From: Rhynchopus sp. YZ270_cl-10
Taxonomy: Eukaryota
DNA: 64,000 bases
Reading direction: 5' to 3'
Assembly (NCBI GenBank): GCA_964035575.1
Contig: OZ037844.1
Location: 558,001-622,000, forward strand
The translations under genes and the position numbers were made by a program. The notes under the pieces were generated by a model. That model saw only the letters and a program-made list of their open reading frames with translations. It searched no databases and was not told the DNA's origin. Below, piece after piece: positions 1 to 11,814 of this stretch. How positions within the stretch are numbered: the first letter of the stretch is position 1; the number at the start of each line of letters is the position of its first letter.

Positions 1-927
1 AATGACCCCAACACGTTTCCCCTGCTTGGGGTACATCGTGTACATCTCTGGGTGGGTGTAGGTGTAGCTCAGCTCCCAGGAAATGTAATCCCAGGACACA
101 CCCATACCAGAGTACACAAGCTCGTCGGCAGGAAGGAGGGGCGGATCACCGTCGTGCAGGTTGTGCAGTTGTAGCCCACGCTGTCGGGCCTCAAGTGGCG
201 ACTGAGCTCTATGTACAGGTAAGTAGCACATCCCTCGTGATTCATTCAAATTGTAGTTCGGTCGCATCGTGCAGGGAAGTGTCAGATCCTTGGCGGAACC
301 CAGTTCATTAGCTTCGGTAAGGGCCGTAAAGTCGGAAATCTGCGGCTTCCCCGTGGCTGGATCTCTAGCTTCAGCCACCATTAATATGGGGGTCCCGTCT
401 GTGGGCAAAATCCCAATTACAGGGGATGAGTGTCGGTGTGACGTTCGTATACCCCATCCAGATGCCTTACCAGTCCCCGAAGTCCATGGGAAGGGGTGTG
501 CCTGACACCAAGGGTACGTCTCGTGGAAAATAATATCTAGTCCTGCCTTGTACCCAGCATTGAAAGCTGACATGATGGCAGGATTCATGGTCGTCACCCC
601 AAAGTTAGGATCGGTGCTGACATTTGGGTGGTGCGCCTTCGCAAGATTTGCAAGCGTCATGACAAGCTGCTCAGGCACCTGAAGGTACTCCTTCACTGCA
701 CTGTCCACACTGCCAAGGACAGAGCGGAGGTAGCGCGACGACACAGTTTCGATGTCCGACACACCACTGTCGAGACACATCCCGAAGCCCTCATCGCCTG
801 TGTCACGTGCCTTTTCCAGAAGGTCGTCCCATGTTGTCAACGTGAAGCCACCGATGATCGCACCTGTCGACAGAATCAGCACCACGCACAGCAGCAGTGT
901 CAGCGACTGGATGCCACACGTGGCCAT
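1..927 (-). CDS. 5' part of a membrane-anchored receptor-like protein (runs off the window; possibly a receptor-type cyclase family member)
   Basis: Hand translation from ATG at 927 stays open to position 1: MATCGIQSLTLLLCVVLILSTGAIIGGFTLTTWDDLLEKARD...YPKQGKRVGS. N-terminal hydrophobic helix followed by a putative extracellular domain. Missing from the ORF track because the stop lies outside the window. Same strand as all other genes. Confidence 0.75.
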   Translation of the reverse strand, partial: MATCGIQSLTLLLCVVLILSTGAIIGGFTLTTWDDLLEKARDTGDEGFGMCLDSGVSDIETVSSRYLRSVLGSVDSAVKEYLQVPEQLVMTLANLAKAHHPNVSTDPNFGVTTMNPAIMSAFNAGYKAGLDIIFHETYPWCQAHPFPWTSGTGKASGWGIRTSHRHSSPVIGILPTDGTPILMVAEARDPATGKPQISDFTALTEANELGSAKDLTLPCTMRPNYNLNESRGMCYLPVHRAQSPLEARQRGLQLHNLHDGDPPLLPADELVYSGMGVSWDYISWELSYTYTHPEMYTMYPKQGKRVGVI

Positions 928-2826
928 TGTGTGAAACGGGGTGGGGAGAATACTGGGTGGTGTGTGGTATGGGAACGAGAGGGGATGCAAGAGAGAGCAG
1001 AAGACGGAGTTCTGACGGTCGTCTCGCCTCTTGGCAGAGTAAAACAGGAATTGAAATAACATGAACTTAAGACAGAGACATGATACCAACATCATCTACT
1101 GTACTTGCAGACACATGTGTGTCAGAAAGCACTGAAAAAATAGCAGAACTGAGTGGGGCTAAAAGAGAAAAAACCCCCCTTTTTATTTTTGCTGTGACGG
1201 CTATCTTGACGTTTCCATTTATGTTTGAATACCTTTTTTTGTTTTGTTTTTTTGGTATCAATCCCCGGGTGTGGGGTTGGGGTCTTTTTAAAAATGGAAG
1301 GGGATCGGGTGGGGGGGATAAGTGAAAAAGTCTCCAAAACGAAAGAGAAAAAAGAAAAAAAAAATCAGATCTGAATCGCACCTCGAGGGGGAAGGTGAAG
1401 CCTTTTCGTTGAGTTTTTTAATTTTATTTTTGTATCACCGTGTGGACTGATTAGCGGTTTTGTACACATTTTGTTTGCTTTTTTCAAAAAAAAAAAAAAA
1501 AAAAAGGAAAAAAGGAAAATAAACATTTCCAAGATGAAAGTGCACACACATCTTGAAAAAAAGATCTTCGAAAAAATGTAGTTCCCGTGAGGACAAATAT
1601 GCTTTCAAAAAAAATGTCCGGGAAACCCCCTTTTGAAAAAGGTTTTCTTTGGTACAACTCCCGCAATCAGTGGTTCAAACAACACAAAAATAATAATAAT
1701 CAACACACAAGAAATCCAGAATCCCTCTTGGATTTTTGAAGCACGAAAGAGAGAGAAAAAAACCACAAAAGAGAAAAACTGAAAATGATAAAACGAGAAC
1801 CCAAATGGTCACATCTAAAGGGGGGCGCGTGGGGTGGGTGTACCCCTAAAGGAATATCGAGAGGAGAAAAAAATCCATAAAAAAACAAGATCATTTTGCG
1901 TCGACACCTGAGGGGGAGCACCTACGAGAGTCACCATTTTTTACTTTTTTTTTTTTTGGCAAAGGGGATGGGGGTTATTTTACTGGGAGAGAGTCTAATA
2001 CAAGAGGTACTTGTATTCGCTCCTTCCAGAAAGGGGGGGAGGGAGAGGGTGAAGGACATACGTGAACAGCAGAAAACTCTACGAGCTTTGTGTTCGATTT
2101 TGGGAGAGCGGGGGAGAAATATTTTTTTTTTTTATAAGATGAACCTAAGCTGCTTTGTGCTCAGTCAACCTTCAAGCAGATTCTGCAAGGGGGGGAAAAG
2201 TTGGAGGATATCACCGGGGGTACAACAGTTTAACTTCTTGTTTCACTGTTACGGTAACGTAAACGGTTAAACCAGAAGCAAAATTACAAGTCAAGTCTTT
2301 TACTGTACCGTCATATATAGGTACAATAACCTCGGCATTGTGCTTGCGAACTCTATACCTTAAAAAAACTTGACAGATGGATGAAATCCTTAGTTGCAAA
2401 TCATCAAAAAAAAAAAACGGACCAAAAAAAAAAATTCTTTTCGCAATTCCTTTTTTGTACAGCGCCAGCAATACTATTTCGTTTTGCTTTTGATATTTGC
2501 TGTCGACATGCATCAAAAAAGAAATTGAATTTTAATTTAACACGAATGGGAATACAGGGATGTCTCAAAAAAAAAGAAAAGTTACATTCAAACACAAGGT
2601 TCAGCCGCCTCATACAAGACTTACTCGCTAACTGGAATTATTTTGCTCTTTTTTTTGCCTTCTGTGTGGGAACACAACAGTGTCCACATTGGGGGGCCCC
2701 TTTTTTTAATCTTGCTGAGTCTTCGGAGGACCTATTTCTCCTCCCAAAAAAAAACAACCCCTGTACGGGTTGCTGGTTGGCTAAGGGTTAAGCTACGCTT
2801 CGTACAAAAAAAAAGAAAAGTTTATA

Positions 2827-4179
2827 TATACATAGCGCTCCAATTAGAGTGTTAGGGTATAATTAGAGTCTGGGATTTTGGGTCAAGTCAGTTAGAGTCC
2901 AGTTAGAGTATAATTAGAGTCGCTTTTCTTCAATTAGACTATAATTAGAGCGCAGTTAGAGCATAATTAGACTCTAACTACACTCTAATTATAGTCTAAT
3001 TAGAGTAAAACAACAGGCTTCTTGTAGGTGCAAACGCCTTAAGGAACCGGTTCCCCTAAGGTTCCTCTGTAGGACCCAGGTGTCCAGGTGCCCACATAGC
3101 TGAGAATAAGACTTGGGGACCCGGGACCCGGTTATTCTCAGCCGGACTGGGACACAACTATGTGAAGGCGCTGTGGGTCCGCCTGAAAGCGGGTCGGGGA
3201 CCCGGTCGCGGGAGGGTGGGGGCCTAGTCCAAGTCCTACTGTACCTAGTACCCGGGACTCGGGACCCGGCTTATTCTCAGCTATGGGTACCCGGACCCGC
3301 AGTGGCACATGCCCTCAAGTGTGAGTGACCCACACATGAGGGAATGCGACACCGCAAAAACTCTTCGTGCACCTTCGGGTGCAATGCCGCAGACAGGCCA
3401 AACAGCGTTGGACTCAGAGGAATTCCTGCTGTGCAGGTAACAAACATGAGAACCAACTCCCAGTAACAAGGGGCGCCTTTTGGCGGGCGTTGTTGAGGGT
3501 GTTTGGGGTGCAAAGTTTTCCACAATTTTGATGCGCGGGTACAGAAGTGTTGTCTTGTTCTTTCATCTCTAGGAATGTAAATGTCAATCGAGTTTAACTA
3601 CCACTAAGGGGTCGAAGGGGATAATCCCAGTATCAAAGGTTGTGTCGACGGGAAATCTATGAGTATACGTTCATTTCATCCGCAGAAATAACTACTTATG
3701 AACCCAGGAGAGATCCAAGCCTCGCGCTAAACCACCACCCGCGATTGACTTAGATGTTATAACAAAGAGAATTCATAACAAACAACACCCTACCCCATGC
3801 ACACTAAAGTGCCATGCTTCAAGTGATCATGCCCTGGGCCAAAATTCCTGTGCTAAAAAGGCAACAAGACCAGTGTGAATTGTGCACTGGTTTTCTGGGG
3901 GAACAAACAATATTTTCTTGTATCTAGTCCTCTGCAAGCAGAAAACAGACGTTCTGGATTACAAAATCGAATTTCTTGCACTGGCTATGCTCCCTGGGTT
4001 TATGGCTATAGCATTGGTTGATGTGCCCCTCTTATTGACCCTATTATAAGACTCTAATTAGAGTCTAATTAGAGTCCAGTTAGAGTATTAGAGTTCAGTT
4101 AGAGTTTTAAAGACTCTAATTATACTCTAACTGCCGACTCTAATTATCTAGTTGGAGTCTAATTAGAGCGCTATGTATA
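2827..4179. mobile_element. Non-autonomous TIR DNA transposon (element C, 1353 bp), TIR TATACATAGCGCTC(C/T)AATTAGA, probable 6-bp TSD TTTATA
   Basis: Left end TATACATAGCGCTCCAATTAGA at 2827; right end TCTAATTAGAGCGCTATGTATA ends at 4179. TTTATA lies at 2821-2826 and 4180-4185. Both ends carry dense (AA)TTAGAG subterminal repeats. An empty-site paralogue AAAG-TTTATA-AGATGATCCTAAGCC is at about 38215-38239. A second copy starts at 19006. No transposase ORF seen. Confidence 0.85.
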
Positions 4180-4801
4180 TTTATAAGATGATCCTAAGCC
4201 TCTCGTGCTTAGTCACCTAAAATAACACCCCACCTCACCCCCCTTCCTGTTTATATTACAACGGGTCAGATTTAGTCAGAAAGAAAGTTCGAACGGCTGG
4301 CACTCTAAAAAAAAAAAATTTTTTTTTTAAACAGAGAAGCCAGAAGGAATCCTGCTGGTACCTCAGTTTGTTTGTTTTTTTATAAACATGAAAGTACGTG
4401 CCTTCTTATCGAAGTGCATTTAGAGGGGAAAAGAGAAAAAAGAAAAAAACAAAAATTATTTATTTCATCAGATGAACATAAGCCTTGGGGAGACTTAGTC
4501 ACTGTGACAAAAGAAAAATCAGTTTTGGTGCCCCTGACGACCCCATATTGTGTACTTCTTGCGTAGTTGTCGCGTACTTCGTCTTTTTTTGGATTTCTGG
4601 GGTACCGAGTTTGATGAAATTGTGTTTTCCTTTTTTCATCAAAAGAAGAAAAAGAAGAAGAAACCCCGTTTCCGTGTTTTGCCAAATATTTATCTTAATG
4701 GCAGAACGATGGCTTCTCATCTAATCTGAGACATTGTACACCGCACATCACCTCTTGCCTTTTTTTTTCTCACCTCCATCTTCACTCCTTTTCTGATGAT
4801 A

Positions 4802-4864
4802 AATTGTTTGGAGTAGTGTAGTTGCCTCGGGTTTGTGTTGCCCACAGTTTGTGCAATCTCCACT
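4802..4864. repeat. Dispersed module B (AATTGTTGGAGTAGTGTAGTTGCC...GCAATCTCCACT); copies at about 4802, 7762, 11928, 56449
   Basis: Four recognisable co-oriented copies read directly from the sequence. Confidence 0.8.
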
Positions 4865-5875
4865 GTCCAAAAATTTCACGAAAAAAAAAAAACCTCTTTT
4901 TATCAATTGTTTGCACCTTGACTGCGAAAAAGGGTATTGTGTCTAAAAAAAATCCCTTCTGAGAGCTTCATTCAAAATACTTGGCAGAAATATCTCAATG
5001 GAATTTCAAAAAAAGAAAAAGACAAAATATTTGGGTCAAAGAGTGCGTACAGTAATAGAGTAAAAAGGTAGAGGGAGGCATCTCTCAAGGGTGTCTACAC
5101 TAATCCTACCAAGTGTTTTCAAAAGGAAAAAGGAGAGAGAGAGAGAGAGAGAGAAACGTTTTGTTAGATACGAGCTTCTGCTTGAGCAAAATTTCCAAAT
5201 CGTCAAAAAAAAAAAAAAAAAAAAAGACAGAAAATAAAGAAAAATGGATAAGCTGGCACCTTTAAATGAAATAAAAATTGTGGTATATTTCACAAGAGAA
5301 AAATTTTTTACCTTTCCTTTTGTCATTTGACATGACATTCAATCAGAGTGGGAAAAAAGTGGGGTGGAAAAAAGTGTGGGTACGGCGTTAAGCTTTACAA
5401 AGCTAAACGCCTTACCCCCGCCTTTAAAGGAGGGTATTTTGTCGAAACGTTTTGGTTTTTGGCAAAAACAACTTGCCAAAAAAAAGGGATACCAACTCCC
5501 ACCTGATTTTTGCCTGAAATTTTTGCGGAGTTTAGTGGTATTTAAACACAAAAAAAAACACCACTAAACTTCAGGCAAGAATCAGATGGAACTTTCCTTT
5601 TGTCATAAGAATGAACAAGGTGTTTTTTTCTTTTGCTTTTTTTATTAATTCATAACATGGAGACACCTCGCTTTTTTTTTGAGCTCCACGCAATTTTTTT
5701 TTGGGAGAAAAAAGAGACCGAGTTTGCAACATGGGAGGGGAAGGGAATGGAAGAAAAAAAAACTTAGATAAATGTACCTCTCGGGCACACACATCCAAAA
5801 ATGAGGGAGGATTCTGGGAGGGGCGGGTGGGGATGGGAGAGAGTGACAGAACGGGGGAGAGGGCGTATCAAAGGT

Positions 5876-6027
5876 ACACGGCGAACTAGTCAGGGGGACT
5901 ACTAATGGAACTACTAGTCGTAACAACTAGTGCAACTGGTAGTGTTACTGGTGTAACAATACTGGTAAAACACTAGTCATTTGGACCAGTAGCGCAACTA
6001 GTAGTCCTCCTGACTAGTCCGCCGTGT
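5876..6027. mobile_element. MITE-like inverted-repeat element (~152 bp)
   Basis: ACACGGCGAACTAGTCAGGGGGACTACTA at the left pairs with TAGTAGTCCTCCTGACTAGTCCGCCGTGT at the right (2 mismatches). Interior is rich in ACTAGT/ACTGGT motifs. GT dinucleotide on both flanks (possible 2-bp TSD). Confidence 0.75.
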
Positions 6028-6579
6028 GTAAAGAAAAACCGCTGCTTGTTGGGAGCGGAGGGGGGGTTTTTTTTCCTCATTTCTTGTGCGTGAGTAGGGG
6101 ATGTCCAATACTGTACACACTGTGAGTCCAAGGGGGGAGACAGAGGTAATGTTGTTTGGAGAGAAAAACAAAACTTTTATGTGATGTTTGATGATTGATT
6201 TCTTCAGAATTCTTTAAATCTCCATGACAACGTTATACCCATGTTCTTTTTGCTTTGATTTTTTTTTGATAATTTGTTTAGTGTAGCTGCCATCTTGACA
6301 GTCTTCACTGTTTTTACTTTCTTTGATACCCCTTTAAAAATGGAACGTTAGCGTTCAACGAACCCTTTTTTTTTGTTTTTTTGATGTTGAAATTTGAGTA
6401 TCTCAGCCAAAAATATCACCATATATTTTTGTCCTCTTTTTGGCGTTGATATAATTCTGTATTTTAATAAAAAAAGTGGTTTTTTTTTCTTCTTTGAGAC
6501 ACATAAAAAATTGCATCTCTTCACTTTTCTGTATTAGCTTTTTTTTGAAAATTTTTTTAAAAAAGGTCGTCTTCTTCTT

Positions 6580-7452
6580 CTATGCTGATGCAGCTTCAGC
6601 TTCAACAGCAGCCTTTTGCCAAAGCGACCACGACCCCACAAAGATTCTTGGCATTCCGAGACCCACCTCCTCCATCACCGCTGCAGTGCAGCAGGCCGTC
6701 ACCCCAGACCCACAGTACAGCACCGCCTTGCGAGCATCGACGTCGTCACCTCCTCCTCTCCCTCCAAGCGTTTTCTTGCACAGCACAGCAAGGTCCTCCT
6801 TGGGAAGTGGCATCCCATCCGCAAAATTTGCAGCAAAGGGATGCGACACCGCACCAGGCACATGCCCTGCAATGCTATCCGGCCACACCGGTCCAGAGGC
6901 AGCGTCAGATGCAAACCTCTCCGCAGGCCTGCAGTCCACCAGCACACCTTCCCCTCCGTTCTTCACCTCCTCGAGGGACGCCATGGCCTTTTCATCCCAT
7001 TCAGATCCAGAGCAGAGCCTCTGTGGGACCACCTTGGTTGGTTCGCCAACTTCAATGGGACTCCCAGAGGATTCCCATGCAGTGATTCCTCCGGAAAGGA
7101 TGTGGACATTCGGGAACCCTGAGATACGCATCATCCACCAAAGGCGTGCTGCAGCGAAGGCGCCGCTCTGAGAGTCGTAGGCGATGATGTGTGCGTTTGG
7201 GTCAAGCGCATTGGTGGTCAGCCACTGAGTCCAGGTGGCGTAAGATGGTAACGGATGGCGGCCCGTAGCAGAAGTGATCTCACCACTCATCGTCTCCATG
7301 TCAAAGAAGCAGGCCCCAGGGAGGCGGGAGGTTTGCCACTGCTGTGCTCCAAGTGCTGGATCGGCAAGACTCCACCTCGCATCCACAAACTGAACCTTCT
7401 TCGAAGCCTGCAAAGCAGCGGTCTGACCAACTGAAACGAAGACGCGGACCAT
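6580..7452 (-). CDS. MPST: 3-mercaptopyruvate sulfurtransferase (tandem rhodanese, MST/SseA type)
   Basis: 290 aa with VDARW, GRHPLP, AARLWW, GHVPGA, the active-site loop CGSGVTA characteristic of MST, and GSWSLW. Confidence 0.92.
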   Translation of the reverse strand: MVRVFVSVGQTAALQASKKVQFVDARWSLADPALGAQQWQTSRLPGACFFDMETMSGEITSATGRHPLPSYATWTQWLTTNALDPNAHIIAYDSQSGAFAAARLWWMMRISGFPNVHILSGGITAWESSGSPIEVGEPTKVVPQRLCSGSEWDEKAMASLEEVKNGGEGVLVDCRPAERFASDAASGPVWPDSIAGHVPGAVSHPFAANFADGMPLPKEDLAVLCKKTLGGRGGGDDVDARKAVLYCGSGVTACCTAAVMEEVGLGMPRIFVGSWSLWQKAAVEAEAASA

Positions 7453-9124
7453 TTTTCTTTTTTGTTGTTTTTTTTTTTTTTTTTTGAACTTTTTTTTTTC
7501 AAAGATGAAAAAAAATGGTGGAGGGAGGAGGGGGAAAAGGGGCGAGAGAAAAAGAAAAGAAAACAGAGGGGGGGAAATAAAAATAGTTTAAAAAAATACT
7601 TCGGATATCGAGTTTTTGGCCAGTTGTGGTAAATCTGGGGGTTTGTTTTGATAACGTGCAGAGGATTGTTATGAAAGAAAAATAAAAAACTATGCTAGCG
7701 TTCGATATCGACAAAGATGCTCGACACTAGAATAAAATCAGTTTTTTTTTTTTTTTTTGATAAATTGTTGGAGTAGTGTAGTTGCCACAGTTGTGCAATC
7801 TCCACTTCCCTTTTTTCTCTTTCTTTACAAAAAAAAAAGGGCGAGTTGAAACTTGAAAGTACTAATCCACTCTGAAAAAGAGGAAATCGAAAAAAAAAGA
7901 TAAGTCTTTAGCACTCACTCTGCTCTGATTTCTGAGTCACCAAATAAAATAATTTTTTTTCAAAAAAAAAGTCATTTTTTGTGCACAAGCCTCAGTCGCT
8001 CAATTTGAAGCTGGACTAGAGGGGCACAGTATGGTTTAGAAGGGGGGAGATTTGGTTCGGGTGAGGGTTGAGGAAAGTGCAGAGGCTATCAGACAAATCA
8101 GAGATAACACAAAAAGCTGGCCTTTTTTTTTTTTTGAATCCGGAATTCATCACATTTCCATGCAAGGGATAAAAAAAAAAAGAGAAGTTGAAAGTGCAAA
8201 CCGCCCGTTCAACGTCGGACACAGGGCACTAAAAAAACTAAAACGGTATTTCAACATATTGCAATCAATAAATTGATAGCATAGGAGGAGGGATACAAAA
8301 AAATGTTCCCATAAAAAACAACAATACGATACCAAGGAAAAACTTTTCCCTCCCCTTCCCCGAAAAGAAGAAAAAGAAAAATTCTTAAGTCTCTTGTACT
8401 TAGTTCATTGTCAGGGGGAAACAAAAAATATCCCCTGCCAATCCACATGGATAGGGAGTAGCGAACCCGGGCCAAAAAAAAAAAAATGTAGATTTTTTTT
8501 TTCTGGGGTGTTTTCTGGGTGAACGGAGGGGGGGTATAAATATTTTGAGCTCCCAAAAAGTGGCTCATCCTCGTCAAAAAAGAAGAAAAAAAAAAAGTCA
8601 GAACGATATAAGAACTAATCTACCTCTCGTGCACACACTAAAAAAAAATGGTGTATTTTTTGTGGGGTGGATTGGGGATTGAGAATTGCAAACACAGTTT
8701 TTTTTTTAGGCTCTAAAAAAAAGATCTTTTTTTTTTTTGTGGCAAGATGGTTCACACACACATGTTGCTTTTAAGTCACCTTTAAAACAACTGTATCAAA
8801 AGAACACCCCCTAGGCGGGATAGCTCCTCACCTCAAACATTTCAAAAAAAAAAAAAAAAAAAAAAATCCCCCCGTTTCTCCCCTTTCTCCCCTGATATTG
8901 CTTTCCATTTAAAAAAGGAAGACATTTTTTTACCCTCCCCCACTGAGTCCCTCCCCAACCCCAAATCCTTATGATCATAAACACACCTTGCATCTCAAAA
9001 AAAAAATTTTTTTGTTGTGTCGACAATCACTTCGCTCCAAAAAAAAAAAAAAACGGAACAAAGTTCTGTACTGCAGAATAGGCATAGGTTGCTAAAGAGT
9101 AACTTTTATTTCACTATTTTTTTT

Positions 9125-10183
9125 TTAGTCACTCTCGGGCTTTCCCTTTTGCGCAGTGTTCCACGCTGCAATGTCAACCACACCATCAGGGTCGATATCC
9201 TTCGTCCATTCGGGCTGGAAAATGCCGTCAATCGAGGTCATTTTTGGCTCTGCAAGCGTGTTGATCGAGACATCCCCGGTTTCCGCAAAGATTTTGAACT
9301 TTCTGAGCCCCGGCGCGTAGACGTGCATGGTAAACGCTGGCTGGTCGGTTTCATTCGACACTCTGTGCAGCCCGATGTCATTGGTCACATATGCGCAGTC
9401 TCCTTCACGGAGGGTCGACACACACTTCACCCTTAGGTCTGAACAGCGCCCTACCGATCCTGCTACCTTTTCACCAGCAAACGTTTTGTCGAAGACGGGC
9501 ATCGTGTACTGCGTCTCCTTGACCTCGCCTTCAATGCAGTAGGCCCAGCAGGAGGATTCATCGTGGTCGTGGATGGTGGATTGGCAGCCTGCAGGCCAGC
9601 ACATCAGAATCACATCCATGCATTCGTTGCCAAACATCAGATTTCTCGTGTATTTGCTCGGGTTTTCGTCCCAATGCACGAAGCGCTCCCACTCTTCCCT
9701 TCTGGGGTACCATTTGCAGATCTCCTTGCGTACACCTTCGACGTCGTGCCCTGCGAAGCAGGATCCAATCACCTTGCGTTTCAGCATTTCCACCATGGTT
9801 GAAAAGGAGTGGGTATCCGGCATGAGGCAACCTGCAATATAACGCTCGGTGTCTTCCTGGATGTAGGGACGAAGCTCCTCCCATGTGTCGCGTGCTGGGC
9901 CGTCCTTGAAGCGTTGCATATCGGTCTTGGAGGTGAAGGTAAGGCAGAACGCGACCTCGCCTTCAGCAGGGTGGCACACACGGATGTCGCAGATGCCGGT
10001 CTCAAGCGCATAGTATCCGTGGGCAATGCGTTGCACCAGGGTCTCGAACTTCGCCTCCTTCCCAGGCAGTGCCTTGTAGTTGAACATCATAACCTGTTCG
10101 CCGGTCCCGCATGCATGGCAGATCTGGCGCTTCGCAGTGACCCCCCCGGAGGAGGAGGACTTACCCGAGACGACTTCGGACAT
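9125..10183 (-). CDS. CDO1: Cysteine dioxygenase (cupin) with N-terminal ABM/dimeric alpha-beta-barrel-like extension
   Basis: C-terminal half has YTRNL, HDHDESSC (two Fe-binding His plus the Cys93 equivalent), GLHRVSN (third His) and TMHVYAP (His155/Tyr157 equivalents). The N-terminal ~120 aa (YKALPGKEAKFETLVQRIA...) resembles the ABM pattern. Confidence 0.88.
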   Translation of the reverse strand: MSEVVSGKSSSSGGVTAKRQICHACGTGEQVMMFNYKALPGKEAKFETLVQRIAHGYYALETGICDIRVCHPAEGEVAFCLTFTSKTDMQRFKDGPARDTWEELRPYIQEDTERYIAGCLMPDTHSFSTMVEMLKRKVIGSCFAGHDVEGVRKEICKWYPRREEWERFVHWDENPSKYTRNLMFGNECMDVILMCWPAGCQSTIHDHDESSCWAYCIEGEVKETQYTMPVFDKTFAGEKVAGSVGRCSDLRVKCVSTLREGDCAYVTNDIGLHRVSNETDQPAFTMHVYAPGLRKFKIFAETGDVSINTLAEPKMTSIDGIFQPEWTKDIDPDGVVDIAAWNTAQKGKPESD

Positions 10184-10971
10184 TTGGGGAAAAGGGGAAA
10201 GGAGAAGGGGGTGTTGTGTTTGCGGTGTTTTTGTGTGGCTGAGGAGGGGGGTGAATGAAAAGAAAGAAAAGTTTTATAAGATGACCCGAAAAAATTGGTT
10301 ACAAAAATGGGTTTCTATGTTTCTAAAGAGAGTATCCGGCATCATGCTCTAATATGGAGAAGCTTTTTTGTTTTGTCTACAAACATACGAAGCGGTCCGC
10401 GTACGGTTTGTTAGGAAATAATACAAACCGAAATGATTGGGCTCTTTCGGATTGAATGATTTGAATAGTGTGTGTGTGTGTTCGGAAATAGGGGGATGCG
10501 TCCAATGAAAATCACATCAGTAGAAAAGTTGAATGTAGGTTTTATTATTTCCTGGTATTCTGGGAGGAAGCCAGCGCTGACGCAAGACCCGATTCAAGAA
10601 AGGGGAGGGTGAGAGAAAGCGGAGCTTTTTTTTTGAAAATTTGCTTTTTTTTCTGTCTCTCTTCCAGAAACCACCCCCCCACACACCGCCCCCAATCCAC
10701 CCCCCTATCGTATTCCCACCTCCACCTTGGGTCAGCAAACCCAACAGAAAAAGAAACAGAAGTTGAAAGCAATGCAAACTCTCTTCCTCACCGTTCATCG
10801 GCGCACGCAGGCATTGGTTCCTAATGTTCTCTGCGGGTTATCAAACCCCAGAGAGCACTTCAGTCACATGGTTACCACGAGGGAGGTTGTAAGCAAAAGA
10901 AAGCTTTTTGCAACATCTCACCTCTTGTTAACTATTTCTCTCTCAAAAATGAAAAATTCAAAAAAAACCCC

Positions 10972-11814
10972 TTAATTTCCAAACACAGTTCTCATGAAGG
11001 CTTCAGTGTCGTCTTGAGGGGGGCGGAGTCGTTGTACGGCTGCTTCAGGCTCTGCGTATGGGAGGTTCGTGGGGGACCTGATGCTGGGTGTGATGGGCTC
11101 TTCACGTGGTATCGACCTCATAAGCCTTTGGGCATCCGCCACCACCCTTGCATCCATTGCGGATTGCTCCGTCCGCTCCCGTTCCTCCCCTGCCCGCTTC
11201 GCTTCCTGGTCTCTCGCAAGCGTCTGCATCAACCCACCCCCACGGTACAAACGCTCACTCGACGCCTTCTGCTGCTCTGCTTGGGTCAACTCTAACGTCT
11301 CGCTCTTAGGCTCCACCAGTACCTTGGTAACCTGAGCCTTTTCCTTTAGATAAGAATTTCCATGAAAATACGGCTCGATAACACGCCCATTTTCCATATT
11401 CTCGCCTTGCTGCTGCAGATACCGTGCGAAGGATCCGTAGAGAGTGGTCTGCTTTGCAACGGAATCGAAGTAACGTGATTCAACCTGAGATGTGAGGTAC
11501 GAAAACGGTGCGATCGACGCCAATGCAAGCATCCCGCGGAGGAGTACAGGGAAGCCTAGCTTGAAGCGTTGCACGGACGTCAAGGTGGAGACCATATCGG
11601 GGGTGAGGAATTTCATTTGGTTGTAGACCTCTGGTTTGTTTGGTTTGCCAGTTGCCCACCAGGTTGCGCCGATGAAGCCGTACGATATCGTTTGATACAG
11701 ATTGGTGCGGCTGCGCATGGCAACCAGGTGTTCTTTTTCTTCAGAGTTGAGGCGGTAGCGCTTCATGCGGCGCCAGTTGTCGAGAAGTGCGAGACGCTGT
11801 GGTGCCAGCACCAT
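10972..11814 (-). CDS. Hypothetical protein (280 aa from MVLAPQRL), two weakly hydrophobic segments
   Basis: Coding-like composition begins at ATG 11814. The ORF-track extension to 12063 runs through a pyrimidine tract and dispersed module B, so it is probably not coding. Confidence 0.75.
   Translation of the reverse strand: MVLAPQRLALLDNWRRMKRYRLNSEEKEHLVAMRSRTNLYQTISYGFIGATWWATGKPNKPEVYNQMKFLTPDMVSTLTSVQRFKLGFPVLLRGMLALASIAPFSYLTSQVESRYFDSVAKQTTLYGSFARYLQQQGENMENGRVIEPYFHGNSYLKEKAQVTKVLVEPKSETLELTQAEQQKASSERLYRGGGLMQTLARDQEAKRAGEERERTEQSAMDARVVADAQRLMRSIPREEPITPSIRSPTNLPYAEPEAAVQRLRPPQDDTEAFMRTVFGN

Noticed and set aside
2840..3010. Telomere or interstitial telomeric repeat
   Set aside because: Units are TTAGAG in mixed orientation and spacing and belong to the subterminal region of element C.
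3050..4030. Transposase remnant inside element C
   Set aside because: Only short ORFs, with no recognisable DDE or zinc-finger motif.
1067..6470. Numerous short F/K-rich ORFs here and in other spacers (20.2-25.1 kb, 54.2-58.2 kb)
   Set aside because: They translate poly-A/poly-T runs and show no domain signal or coding-like composition.
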